Below are positions 19,471 to 28,291 of a stretch of 64,000 nucleotides of DNA, piece by piece (positions within the stretch are counted from its first letter, which is position 1; the number at the start of each line of letters is the position of its first letter). The DNA is from Candidatus Limnocylindrales bacterium (GTDB lineage: Bacteria; Chloroflexota; Limnocylindria; Limnocylindrales; CSP1-4), in the NCBI GenBank assembly GCA_036278755.1, contig DASUKL010000114.1, forward strand, positions 7,659 through 71,658, in the 5' to 3' direction. The notes below the pieces were generated by a model. That model was not told the DNA's origin, did no database searches, and saw only the letters and a program-made list of their open reading frames with translations. Both the position numbers and the translations under genes were made by a program.

Positions 19471-21057
19471 TCAGGCCGGGTCGCCCCAGCCCGAGGCGGT
19501 CAGCGCCTCGCGCACGGCTGCCGCCTCGTCCCACGGCCGCGCCCCGTCGGGGCCCTCGATCGTCTTCTCGTGGCCCTTCCCGGCGAAGAGGACCACGTCC
19601 CCCGGCCGGGCGGCCTCGACGGCCGCGACCACGGCCGCCCACCGATCGGGGATGAGCCACAGATCCTGACCCTCGCGGGCACCGGCGGCCCTGGCGCCCT
19701 CGGCGATGGCCTCCAGGATGGCCCCTGACGGCTCGCCCCGGGGATCCTCGTCGGTGAGGACCGTGAGACGGCAGCGCTCCGCCGCCACGCGGCCCATGCT
19801 GGGCCGCTTGACGCGGTCCCGCTCGCCGCCCGAGCCGAAGACGGCGATGAGTCCGCCCCCGCCGGCGGCCGCCAGCGGGGCCAGCTCGTCGAGCACCTGG
19901 GCCAGGGCCTCGGCCGTATGGGCGTAGTCGACGACGGCCACGAAGGGCTGCCCGGCCTCCACCCGCTCCATGCGGCCCGGCACCCGGACCAGTCCGCCCA
20001 GGCCGGCCGCCACGGACTCCGGCTCGAGGCCCAACGCCTCGCCCACGGCCACCGCAGCCAGGGCATTGTGGGCGTTGTGCCGGCCCGCCAGCTGGAGCTG
20101 GATCCGTCCCTCCCCGCGGGGCGTGTGATAGCCCAGGCCCAGGCCCCGGACGCCCTCCTCGATGGCCAGCAAGCGCACGTCGGCCGCCTCGGCCGTGCCG
20201 TAGGTCAGGCAGGCCGCACCGGCCTCACGGGCCGCAGCCAGGAAGGCCTCGGCCTGGGGGTCGTCGAGGTTCACCAGGGCGTGCTTGCCGAAGCCCTTCT
20301 CGGGGTCGGCCGGGCCGACCGCCAACTGCTCGAAGAGGCGACGCTTGGCGGCCCGGTAGGCCTCCACGGTGCGGTGGAACTCCAGGTGCTCCGAGGTGAC
20401 GTTGGTCAAGATGGCCAGGTCGAAGGCCACCTCGGCCAGCCGACCCTGAGCCAGCCCGTGCGAGCTAGCTTCGACGACCGCCCAGCGGTCCCCGGCGGCG
20501 AGCATGGCCGCGAGGTGGCGCTGCAGCTCGGGCGCCTCCGGCGTCGTCGTCCGGCCGGGATTGCCCAGGTTGCGACCGCCGACCACGACGTCGACCGTGC
20601 CCAGGAGGCCCGTGGGCCGGCCGCTCGCTTCGAGCACGGCCCGCACCAGATAGCAGGTCGTGGTCTTGCCGTCGGTGCCGGTCACCCCGACCACGCCCAG
20701 CTCGTGCGAGGGATCGCCGCTCACCCAGGCCGCCGCCACGGCCAGGGCCGGCCGCGCCGCGCTCACGACGAGCTGCGGCACCGGCAGGCTGGGCAGGAGC
20801 CGCTCCACGACCACCGCCGACGCGCCCGCGGCGATGGCCTGGGGCACGAAGTCGTGGCCGTCGAACCGCTCGCCGCTGAGGGCCACGAAACAGTCGCCCG
20901 GCCCCATCTCACGCGAGTCCGCGTCCACCCGGCCGATCACCACGTGCGCCGGGCCCACGTGGCTCCCCTGACGGTCGACCCCCGGCACGACCTGGCGAAG
21001 GAGATCCCGGCTCTCGAGGGCGGCGACCAGGCTCCCCAGCGCGCGCGGCCGCGTCAC
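19471..21057 (-). CDS. murE: UDP-N-acetylmuramoyl-L-alanyl-D-glutamate--diamino-acid ligase MurE (variant DEDPR motif)
   Basis: GVTGTDGKTTTCYL (P-loop), DYAHTAEALAQVL, GSGGERDRVKRPSMG; motif LTDEDPRGE in place of the mDAP-type DNPR. GTG start at 21057 overlaps the upstream Fem stop (GTGA). Six-frame ORF 19471..22167 is a fusion artefact. Confidence 0.88.
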   Translation of the reverse strand: MTRPRALGSLVAALESRDLLRQVVPGVDRQGSHVGPAHVVIGRVDADSREMGPGDCFVALSGERFDGHDFVPQAIAAGASAVVVERLLPSLPVPQLVVSAARPALAVAAAWVSGDPSHELGVVGVTGTDGKTTTCYLVRAVLEASGRPTGLLGTVDVVVGGRNLGNPGRTTTPEAPELQRHLAAMLAAGDRWAVVEASSHGLAQGRLAEVAFDLAILTNVTSEHLEFHRTVEAYRAAKRRLFEQLAVGPADPEKGFGKHALVNLDDPQAEAFLAAAREAGAACLTYGTAEAADVRLLAIEEGVRGLGLGYHTPRGEGRIQLQLAGRHNAHNALAAVAVGEALGLEPESVAAGLGGLVRVPGRMERVEAGQPFVAVVDYAHTAEALAQVLDELAPLAAAGGGGLIAVFGSGGERDRVKRPSMGRVAAERCRLTVLTDEDPRGEPSGAILEAIAEGARAAGAREGQDLWLIPDRWAAVVAAVEAARPGDVVLFAGKGHEKTIEGPDGARPWDEAAAVREALTASGWGDPA

Positions 21058-22211
21058 GGAGCGCGGGCGGGCACAGCCGGCGCGGGGCGGCGGTCGGCGG
21101 CCAGTCCCGCCAGCCGACCGGTGATCCGGCCCGCGGCATAGCGCCACGGCCTCATGACCCGCTCCCGGTTGCCGCTCAGCTCCAGCCACTCCCCGCCCAG
21201 CAGCTCCTTGAAGCGCAGCAGGCCGTACATCGGCTCGCCCGCCTGAGGCCGACGGCGGCGGCCGGCGACGTCCACCCCGGCCAGGTCGACCTCGGCCCGC
21301 CCTTCGCGGAGGGCGAGCTCGAGGGCCCGCCACAGGATCAGGTGGGTCGTGCCCGGGTAGGCCCGCCGCCGCTCGACCACATCGCCGGCATGGGCATAGG
21401 TGAAGCGATCGCCGTGACGATAGAACATGGCCGCACCGAGCAGCTCGTCGTCGGGCGAGCGGACCTCGAGGATGAAGCCCAGCCCGGCGGTCACCGCATG
21501 GCCGCCCCAATCGAGGAAGCCTTCCGCCGGTCCCAGCCTGAACCGGCGTCGGGCCGCCGTGGCGGCCAGGATGGCATACAGGCGCTGGAGCGCCGCGCCG
21601 ATCTCGGCTGCGGCCAGCGGCCCGCCGGCCGGCGGCTCGATCCCCTCGCCCGCGCCGCCCGGGGCGTCGAACCGTCCGTAACCCAGGACCCGCACCCCGC
21701 GTCGCTCGGCGCCGCGGATCTCGTAGCGCACGGTGGCCGGTAGCTCGGCCAGGAGGGCGGCTTCGTCGAGGCCCGGCGGCAGGGCTCGGCGGAGGCGGTG
21801 GCGGGAGGGCTGGATCTCCTCGATCTGGCGGAAGCCCCGGGCTCGCAGGAGGTCCGGGTAGCCGGTCTCGACGGGCACCTCGGCGTCGCTCGAGACGACG
21901 TCGACCCCGTGCTCGCCAAGCCAGGCGGCGATGGCGTCGAGTCGGTCCGCGGCCGCTTCGAGCGGACCGCCCGACCAGACGGGCCCCCGCGAGATGTAAG
22001 CCCCCGCGCCCCCGATCCAGCGCCAGGGCCTGACCAGGACGAGGACGGGGTGGCCGCCATCGATCATCAGGTACCGCGGACGCCAGCCGTGGCGGCCGCG
22101 ATACTCGCCCCAGGCCCGCGACTGGTACACGTCCCCGCCGGGCACGGCTACGGTCAGCTCGTCCCACCGCTCCAGTTCCTCCGGGGTCGCCGCCCGGACC
22201 TCGAGGCTCAT
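21054..22211 (-). CDS. FemAB-family transferase, paralog 2
   Basis: MSLEVRAATPEELERWDEL...VYQSRAWGEYRGRHGWR...EVDLAGVD; stop overlaps the murE start. Confidence 0.8.
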   Translation of the reverse strand: MSLEVRAATPEELERWDELTVAVPGGDVYQSRAWGEYRGRHGWRPRYLMIDGGHPVLVLVRPWRWIGGAGAYISRGPVWSGGPLEAAADRLDAIAAWLGEHGVDVVSSDAEVPVETGYPDLLRARGFRQIEEIQPSRHRLRRALPPGLDEAALLAELPATVRYEIRGAERRGVRVLGYGRFDAPGGAGEGIEPPAGGPLAAAEIGAALQRLYAILAATAARRRFRLGPAEGFLDWGGHAVTAGLGFILEVRSPDDELLGAAMFYRHGDRFTYAHAGDVVERRRAYPGTTHLILWRALELALREGRAEVDLAGVDVAGRRRRPQAGEPMYGLLRFKELLGGEWLELSGNRERVMRPWRYAAGRITGRLAGLAADRRPAPAVPARAP

Positions 22212-22224
22212 CGTCGAAGGGGCC

Positions 22225-23406
22225 TCACAGGGCCGCCGACAGCCGCCGTCCAGCGAGGGCCCGTCCGGCGGCGAAGCCGGCCATCCGGAGGGCGGCCCCA
22301 CGCAGGCCGGCCGGGCTCCAAAGGCTCGTCCCGACGTACGACACGGCCCGGCCGCCCCACTGCTGCTTGAAGCCCAGCAGGCCCCAGGTGGGGTGCTCCG
22401 GCCCATCCGGCAGGCGCGGATCGCCGAAGACGTTGACGCCGCCCATGTCGTAGGTCCGGAAGCCGGACTCGCGGGCCCACTCGATGATGGCCCACTGCAG
22501 GGCGAAGTTCGCTGGCACCCGGCGCCGGTCGGCCTCTCGCTCCCCGGTCTGGAAGAGGAGGGCCCGGCAGCCGCAGTGATGGACCACCGTATGGGCCAGG
22601 TCGAGCCCCTCGCGCCGAGCGAAGAAGAGCGTCGCCGCGCCGGCCTCGACGAGGGCCCGCGTGGAGGCCACGTGGTAGGCCTCGGGGCGCAGCACGAAGC
22701 CCTTGCGCTGGCCGGTCAGGGAGATGATCTCGTACGAGTCGTGGTAGGCCGCCTCGCGGACCTCTGGGGGGCTGTCGCGATCGACCCGCTCGACGACCAC
22801 GCCGGCCCGGGCGGCACGGCTGACGTTGCGGGCCACGTTATCGCTGAGGAGGGCGTGCTGCGCCTCGGAGCTGGCGGTGAGGGGCACGATCACGCCCGTG
22901 GCCGAGACCTGGATCTGGACCGGGCTGGCCCAGAAAGCGGCCTCGCCGAGCGTCCCGGCCTGGGGGCCGTCCAGGGCCCAAGCCGGGTCGACGATCAGGA
23001 GCGACGCTCCCCTCGCCCGAGCCACCCGGCGGAGGACGCGCAGGGCCAGGAGGGCCGCATCTCGCCCCTCCCGGAGGAGGACGGGCCCCAGCGGGGCGTA
23101 GAGCAGCCGGCCGGCCAGCGGGCGGGCCGCCGCGGCCAGCGAGAGGGGCAGGAATCGAGGCCGGGCCAGATCGGTCAGGGGCAGGCCCAGGAGGCTGGCC
23201 GCGGCGATGGGGCCGGCCCCGTCCTCCATCAGGAAGCGGTGCACGGTCCAGCCGCTGGTGGTCCGTTTGAACTCGCCCCAGGCGTGGCTCTGGAGGGCTT
23301 CGCCCCGCGGCATCCGGACCGCGAAGGCGTCCCAGGTGACGGCAGGCTGGTCGGTGAGATCCAGGAGGCGCACGTTCCCGGGGCCAGAGGTCGGGGGCGG
23401 GGACAT
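22225..23406 (-). CDS. FemAB-family transferase, paralog 3
   Basis: ALQSHAWGEFKRTTSGWTV...TYDMGGVNVFGD...GLLGFKQQWGG. Confidence 0.8.
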   Translation of the reverse strand: MSPPPTSGPGNVRLLDLTDQPAVTWDAFAVRMPRGEALQSHAWGEFKRTTSGWTVHRFLMEDGAGPIAAASLLGLPLTDLARPRFLPLSLAAAARPLAGRLLYAPLGPVLLREGRDAALLALRVLRRVARARGASLLIVDPAWALDGPQAGTLGEAAFWASPVQIQVSATGVIVPLTASSEAQHALLSDNVARNVSRAARAGVVVERVDRDSPPEVREAAYHDSYEIISLTGQRKGFVLRPEAYHVASTRALVEAGAATLFFARREGLDLAHTVVHHCGCRALLFQTGEREADRRRVPANFALQWAIIEWARESGFRTYDMGGVNVFGDPRLPDGPEHPTWGLLGFKQQWGGRAVSYVGTSLWSPAGLRGAALRMAGFAAGRALAGRRLSAAL

Positions 23407-23411
23407 GCGGG

Positions 23412-24566
23412 CTAGTCTAGCCCAGGGTCGCGGCCGTCCAGGACCCGGCGGGCAGCCCGCGCCGCGTCCGCCAATCGGGCCCTGGGCCGGAGGACGATGC
23501 GCCGTGCCCGCGTCTGCCAGACCCAGCTGGCGCCGTAGCCGGCCTTGTGCTGGTAGAGGCCCCAGCCCGGGTCGGCCGGCCCGCTGGGGATGGCCCGCTG
23601 ACCGGGGGTGTCGACCCCCCCGAGCATGACCGCCTCCGCGCCGCCGGTCAGGGCCTCGCGGATGACGGTCCAGCGGAGCAGATGCATGACCCCCGGCACG
23701 TTCCGCCGTTCGCTGATGAGGTCACCCGAGAAGGCGGTCGCGTACGTCCCGCCCTGGAGGTAGAGGAGGATGGCCCCCAGGAGGCGGCCGTCGCGCTCGG
23801 CCACCAGGAACCGGGCCTGGCGGGCGGCCAGCAGCCGGCGCCACCAGCCGAGGTAGCCGGCCTGGGGCCGCAGTTCGAAGCCCCGCCGCTCGGCCGTGGC
23901 CTCGAGGAACCCGGCGAAGGCGTCCAGGGCCTGGCCGTCGGGGTCATCCCGGACGATCACGCCCGCGGCCTCTGCGGCCCGGATCCGCTGACGGGTCGAC
24001 TTGGAGCAGGCGGCCCGCAGGCCGGTCTCGGTGCTGCCCGGCGGCAGGGCCAGGCGCATGACGTGGATCGACGGCTGGGCCTCACGCGCCGGGCGGAAGC
24101 CGGCCAGGGCCATGGCCCGTTCGTAGTCCGGGTCGGCCGGCAGCTCGGGGTCGACGGTCAGGGCCCCCAGTCCCTCGGCCCGCAGTCGGTCGGCCAGGGC
24201 CGTCGCCCGAGCCGCCACGGCCAGCGGCGGATCGCCGGCCGAGATGGGGCCGCGCCGGCAGTGGGCCTCGCGACCGGCGAGACGCGACCGACCCTCCAGC
24301 ACGAGGGCCACCCGGCCGTCGCTGAAGGCGGCGAAGCGTGGTCGGCCACCCCGGGCACGGATGTGCTCGGCCCAGGTCGTGCCCTGGAGGACCTGGCCGC
24401 CAGGCGCATCGACGGCCAGGGCGTCCCAGCCGGGCGGCGCCTCGTCGTCGAGCCTGACGACCTGCGGGAGCGGGGCGAGGCTCATCGACGGCTCATCCCC
24501 TTGGGCGGGCGGACGGTCGACATCGGGCTCGTGGTCGTCGTCGGGCTCATCGTCGTCATCGGCCAT
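23412..24566 (-). CDS. FemAB-family transferase, paralog 4 (acidic N-terminal extension; alternative start MSLAPLPQ at ~24485)
   Basis: VLQGTTWAEHIRARGGRPRF...VMLGGVD...GLYQHKAGYGAS. Confidence 0.75.
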   Translation of the reverse strand: MADDDDEPDDDHEPDVDRPPAQGDEPSMSLAPLPQVVRLDDEAPPGWDALAVDAPGGQVLQGTTWAEHIRARGGRPRFAAFSDGRVALVLEGRSRLAGREAHCRRGPISAGDPPLAVAARATALADRLRAEGLGALTVDPELPADPDYERAMALAGFRPAREAQPSIHVMRLALPPGSTETGLRAACSKSTRQRIRAAEAAGVIVRDDPDGQALDAFAGFLEATAERRGFELRPQAGYLGWWRRLLAARQARFLVAERDGRLLGAILLYLQGGTYATAFSGDLISERRNVPGVMHLLRWTVIREALTGGAEAVMLGGVDTPGQRAIPSGPADPGWGLYQHKAGYGASWVWQTRARRIVLRPRARLADAARAARRVLDGRDPGLD

Positions 24567-25614
24567 CCGGAGGACTGGCGCGGCGCACGGCGCTGGCGGC
24601 GCGGCCGACGACCTGCTCGAGGGCCGCCCCCAGGGGCTCGATGATCAGCTCCCAGCCGCCCGTGTACGTCGTCTCTTGGCCCCCGAAACCGCGCTTGAAC
24701 TGGGCCAGGCCGGGCGCGTCGGTGCCCCACATGTCGTAGCGCCGGAAGCCGCCTGCCGCGGCCCGCCGCATGGCCTCCCACTTGAGCAGGTAGTTCGCGT
24801 GGAGGGCCGCCCCGGCCTCGGTCATGCCGCCGTACAGCTCCACCGTCCGGTCGCCGCAGCGCACCAGGAGGAGGCCGGCCAGGGTCTCGCTCCCTGGCTG
24901 GCTCCCAGCGGCAGCGTGGCTCTCGGGCGCGCCGTCGCCTCCGGCGAGCGGGCGCTGGGCGAGGAGCAGGCCAGCCGCCCCGCGACGGTCGAAGGCGGCG
25001 TAGACGGCCCGCACCCGCGCGGCCCGGAAGCCCACCCGCCGGGCCGTGGCCTCGTGGATGGGCACGAAGGCGTCGAGGCCGCCCGCGCCGGCGTCGGCGA
25101 TCACGACCCCCTCGCGCGCCGCCTTGTGGACGTACTGGCGCCACTTGGGCCGCAGCGCGGACCACAGCTCGGGCTCGGGGCGGCTCACGTCGACGATCCG
25201 GGTGACGTTGATCTCGAAGGACGGCACTCGGCGCCACCCGGCACGGCGCAGGCCGTCCTCCAGCGGGTGCCCGAGCGGCAGCTCGGGATCGATGAGGACT
25301 CGGCTCAGCCGCAAGCCTCGTCCGGCCGCCCGCAGGGCCCCGGTGAGAGCCGCGATGGCTCCGCTGCTCAACTCGGCGGCCACGGGCCCCCGATGGCCGT
25401 AGGCCCGCGACCATGGCCCCCAGCGCGGCCGATGCAGGAGGAGCTGGATGCCCACCGGCCCACCGGGACCCGGCGCGACGACCCGCTCGACCCGCCAGCC
25501 GCCGCTGGCATTGGCCTCGGCCCAGGCCGTGAGCTGGGGGAACGAGCCATACGGCGCGCCCGCGACGAAGGCGTCCCAGGCCCTGTCGTCGGCGGCGAGG
25601 TCGGTCGGCCTCAT
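24556..25614 (-). CDS. FemAB-family transferase, paralog 5
   Basis: FPQLTAWAEANASGGWRVERV...RYDMWGTDAPGLAQFKRGFGG; start overlaps the murJ stop (ATGA). Confidence 0.8.
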   Translation of the reverse strand: MRPTDLAADDRAWDAFVAGAPYGSFPQLTAWAEANASGGWRVERVVAPGPGGPVGIQLLLHRPRWGPWSRAYGHRGPVAAELSSGAIAALTGALRAAGRGLRLSRVLIDPELPLGHPLEDGLRRAGWRRVPSFEINVTRIVDVSRPEPELWSALRPKWRQYVHKAAREGVVIADAGAGGLDAFVPIHEATARRVGFRAARVRAVYAAFDRRGAAGLLLAQRPLAGGDGAPESHAAAGSQPGSETLAGLLLVRCGDRTVELYGGMTEAGAALHANYLLKWEAMRRAAAGGFRRYDMWGTDAPGLAQFKRGFGGQETTYTGGWELIIEPLGAALEQVVGRAASAVRRASPPDGR

Positions 25615-27308
25615 GCTCCGGAGCGGCCGAGATGGAGGGCCGAGCGGGCCAGGTCGAGGCTGGCCTGGAGCTCCGGCAGCCGGAGGAGCCGACTGATGGC
25701 GACGAAAGCCAGGGCCGCGGCCAGGAAGGAGACGGCCGCCTCGCTCAGGAGGAGGAACCGCCCGGGCTCCGCCCCCACGGCCTGGAGGATGCCGTTGCGG
25801 ACCAGCTGGGCGACGGCGGCAGCCCCCAGCGCGGCGGTCCCGAAGAGGAGCCCGGCCCGGCTCATCTCGACCAGGTCGAGGCCCGGCAGCCAGCGGGCCA
25901 GGAGGATCAGCAGGAGGATGGCCTCGAACCAGGCCCCGGCAGCGATGCCCACGGCCAGGGCGTCGAGGCCCAGCGGGCCGACGGTGGCCACGGCCACGGC
26001 CACGTTGACGACGACCGAGAGGATGGCCGCCATGACCGGGGTCCGGGTGTCCTTGCGAGCGTAGTAGGCCCGGGCCAGGACGACGATGAGGGCGTGCCCG
26101 GCCAGGCCCACGAGGAAGACGGCCAGCATGCCCGCCACCACCGGCACATCGGCATCGCGGAACTGGCCATAGTCGTAGAGGAACGTCGTGGCCTCGCGCT
26201 GGAGGACGACACCCACGGCCGTCAGGAAGAGCATGACGTACAGGAGCATGCGCAGGGAGCGCACGATCATGGCCGAGAAGTCACGACCGGCGCCCAGGGC
26301 CGCGGCCCGCGAGAGGGTCGGCAGGAGGATGATGCCCAGCGGCAGGCCGATGACCCCCAAGGGGATCTGCATCGCGGTGAAGGCCAGGTTGTAGGCCGTC
26401 AGGGCCCCGATGCCGAGGCCCGCGGCGAGGGTCGTGTTGACCAGGAAGGTGATCTGCGTGGCCCCCAGGCCGATGGCCCGGGGGATGAGCAGCACCAGCG
26501 CCTCGCGGGCGGCCGGGTCGCTCAGGTCGATCGTCCCGAGCTCGAAGTGGAAGCCCCGCTGGCGAACCAGGCTCGGCACTTGGATGGCGGCATTGAGGAA
26601 GGCTCCCACGACGACGCCCACGGCCAGCGCGCCCACACCCAGGAGCGGCGAGAGGAAGAGCGCGGCGGCGATGATGGCCACGTTGTAGAGCAGCGGCGCG
26701 ACGGCTGCCACCGTGAAGCGGCCCAGGGCGTTGAGGGCCGAGGAGGCGATCGCACCCAGGGTCAGGAAGATCGGCGAGAGGAGCATGAGCCGCGTCATGG
26801 GCACGATCCGGGCCAGCTCGTCCGGCCCGTAGGACGGCGTCAGGAGGGCGACCAGCCAGGGCGCGGCGACGAAGGCCGCGACGGCCAGCACCAGGAGGCC
26901 GCCCAGCATGAGGTTGCTGATGGTCGAGACGACCCGCCAGGCGCGCGCATCCTGGTCGTGGGCGAAGAGGCCCGCCAGGACGGGGATCACGGCCGCGCCG
27001 AGGGCCCCCGCGGCCACCAGCTGGAAGACGAGGTCGGGGATGCGGAAGGCGGCATAGTACGTATCGAGCTGCGTGCCGACACCGAAGACGGCACTGAAGA
27101 CGACCGTCCGGATCCAGCCCAGGACGCGGGAGGCGAGGTAGGCCCCGCTGACGATGAGGCCGGCCCGAGCCAGCATGCCCGCCGATCCGAGCGACCCGGC
27201 CGAGCCCGACTCGGCCGAGCCCGATGCGCTCGGCGACGCGGCCGGCTCGGGGGCCCCCAGTGGCTCCTCCTCGGGCCCGACGGACGTCTCGGCCTCGAGG
27301 CCGCTCAC
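25611..27308 (-). CDS. murJ: Lipid II flippase MurJ (MviN)
   Basis: ...GAYLASRVLGWIRTVVFSAVFGVGTQLDTYYAAFRIPDLVFQL... and 12-14 TM helices. Low-complexity N-terminal 44 aa; true start may be MLARAGL at ~27176. Confidence 0.85.
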   Translation of the reverse strand: MSGLEAETSVGPEEEPLGAPEPAASPSASGSAESGSAGSLGSAGMLARAGLIVSGAYLASRVLGWIRTVVFSAVFGVGTQLDTYYAAFRIPDLVFQLVAAGALGAAVIPVLAGLFAHDQDARAWRVVSTISNLMLGGLLVLAVAAFVAAPWLVALLTPSYGPDELARIVPMTRLMLLSPIFLTLGAIASSALNALGRFTVAAVAPLLYNVAIIAAALFLSPLLGVGALAVGVVVGAFLNAAIQVPSLVRQRGFHFELGTIDLSDPAAREALVLLIPRAIGLGATQITFLVNTTLAAGLGIGALTAYNLAFTAMQIPLGVIGLPLGIILLPTLSRAAALGAGRDFSAMIVRSLRMLLYVMLFLTAVGVVLQREATTFLYDYGQFRDADVPVVAGMLAVFLVGLAGHALIVVLARAYYARKDTRTPVMAAILSVVVNVAVAVATVGPLGLDALAVGIAAGAWFEAILLLILLARWLPGLDLVEMSRAGLLFGTAALGAAAVAQLVRNGILQAVGAEPGRFLLLSEAAVSFLAAALAFVAISRLLRLPELQASLDLARSALHLGRSGA

Positions 27309-28291
27309 GAGCCGGTGTCGCCTCGACCAGGTCCCCCCGTGGCCCGCGGATGGGCCGCCAGGTAGGCCGAACGGAGGCGGGCCGGGGCCACGTGGGTGTA
27401 GATCTGGGTCGTGGCCAGGCTAGCGTGGCCCAGCAGCTCCTGGACGACGCGCAGGTCGGCCCCGCCGTCGAGCAGGTGACTGGCGAAGGAGTGGCGCAGG
27501 GTGTGGGGATGGACGCCCTGCGGCAGGCCGGCCCGCGCGGCCAGACGGTCGAATCGGTAACGCAGCCCACGCACGCCGAGCGGCCCACCGGCGGCGTTGA
27601 GGAAGAGGCGGCCGTCGTCGGCCGGCGCGGGTCGACCGGCGCCGGCGGCGCGCTCCAGGGCCGCCTGGCGGAGGCGGGGCCGGCCGGTGGCCAGATAGTC
27701 GATCAGGGCCGCGCGAGCCGGTCGACCCAGAAGGCAGATGCGCTCCTTGCGGCCCTTGCCCAGGACCCGGACCTCACCGCGCCGCAGGTCGACCTCGTCG
27801 ATGGTCGTGCCGGCCAGCTCGCTGATCCGCAGCCCAGCCGCGTAGGCCGTCTCGATGAGGGCCCGATCACGCAAGGCGAGGGCCTCCGCGAGCGAGCCGG
27901 CCCCCGCCTCTGGATCCTGGGTGCGGTCGATGAGACGCTCCACGTCGCCGACCTCGAGGACCTGCGGCAGGCGGTGCGGACGCCGCGGGGCGCTGAGCGC
28001 GGCCCAGGGGTCGCCGGCCACCCAGCCCTCCCGCTCGGCGTGGCGATAGAAGGCCCGCACGGCGGCCACCCGGGCCGAGATCGTCGTCCGCGCCAGGCCG
28101 CGCCCGTCGAGCTCGGCCAGGTAGGCCCGCAGGGCACCACGGCCGGGCTGGCGCCAATCGAGTCCCGGGCGCTGGGCCAGCCAGGCCAGGTACTGCCCGA
28201 TGGCCGTGGCATACGCCCGGCGGGTGTGGGGCGACGTATCGCGGGCGGCCAGCGCCTCCAGGAACCGCTCGAGCGCCGCCGCGCCCGTCAC
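27305..28291 (-). CDS. xerC: Tyrosine recombinase XerC/XerD family
   Basis: N-terminal SAM-like region (RRAYATAIGQYLAWL), catalytic R...HTLRHSFASHLLDGGADLRVVQELLGHASLATTQIYTHV. GTG start overlaps the topA stop (GTGA); stop overlaps the murJ start (ATGA). Six-frame ORF over-extended to 28816. Confidence 0.85.
   Translation of the reverse strand: MTGAAALERFLEALAARDTSPHTRRAYATAIGQYLAWLAQRPGLDWRQPGRGALRAYLAELDGRGLARTTISARVAAVRAFYRHAEREGWVAGDPWAALSAPRRPHRLPQVLEVGDVERLIDRTQDPEAGAGSLAEALALRDRALIETAYAAGLRISELAGTTIDEVDLRRGEVRVLGKGRKERICLLGRPARAALIDYLATGRPRLRQAALERAAGAGRPAPADDGRLFLNAAGGPLGVRGLRYRFDRLAARAGLPQGVHPHTLRHSFASHLLDGGADLRVVQELLGHASLATTQIYTHVAPARLRSAYLAAHPRATGGPGRGDTGS

Noticed and set aside
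19471-22167. 898-aa ORF fusing murE with upstream sequence
   Set aside because: Only the 529-aa MurE portion starting at GTG 21057 is supported. The upstream portion is an Arg/Pro-rich frame overlapping the genuine FemAB paralog 2.
27305-28291. XerC as marker of an integrated mobile element
   Set aside because: No flanking direct repeats, phage or plasmid genes, or tRNA at this position. The gene is translationally coupled to topA and murJ, consistent with chromosomal dimer-resolution XerC rather than a mobile-element integrase.
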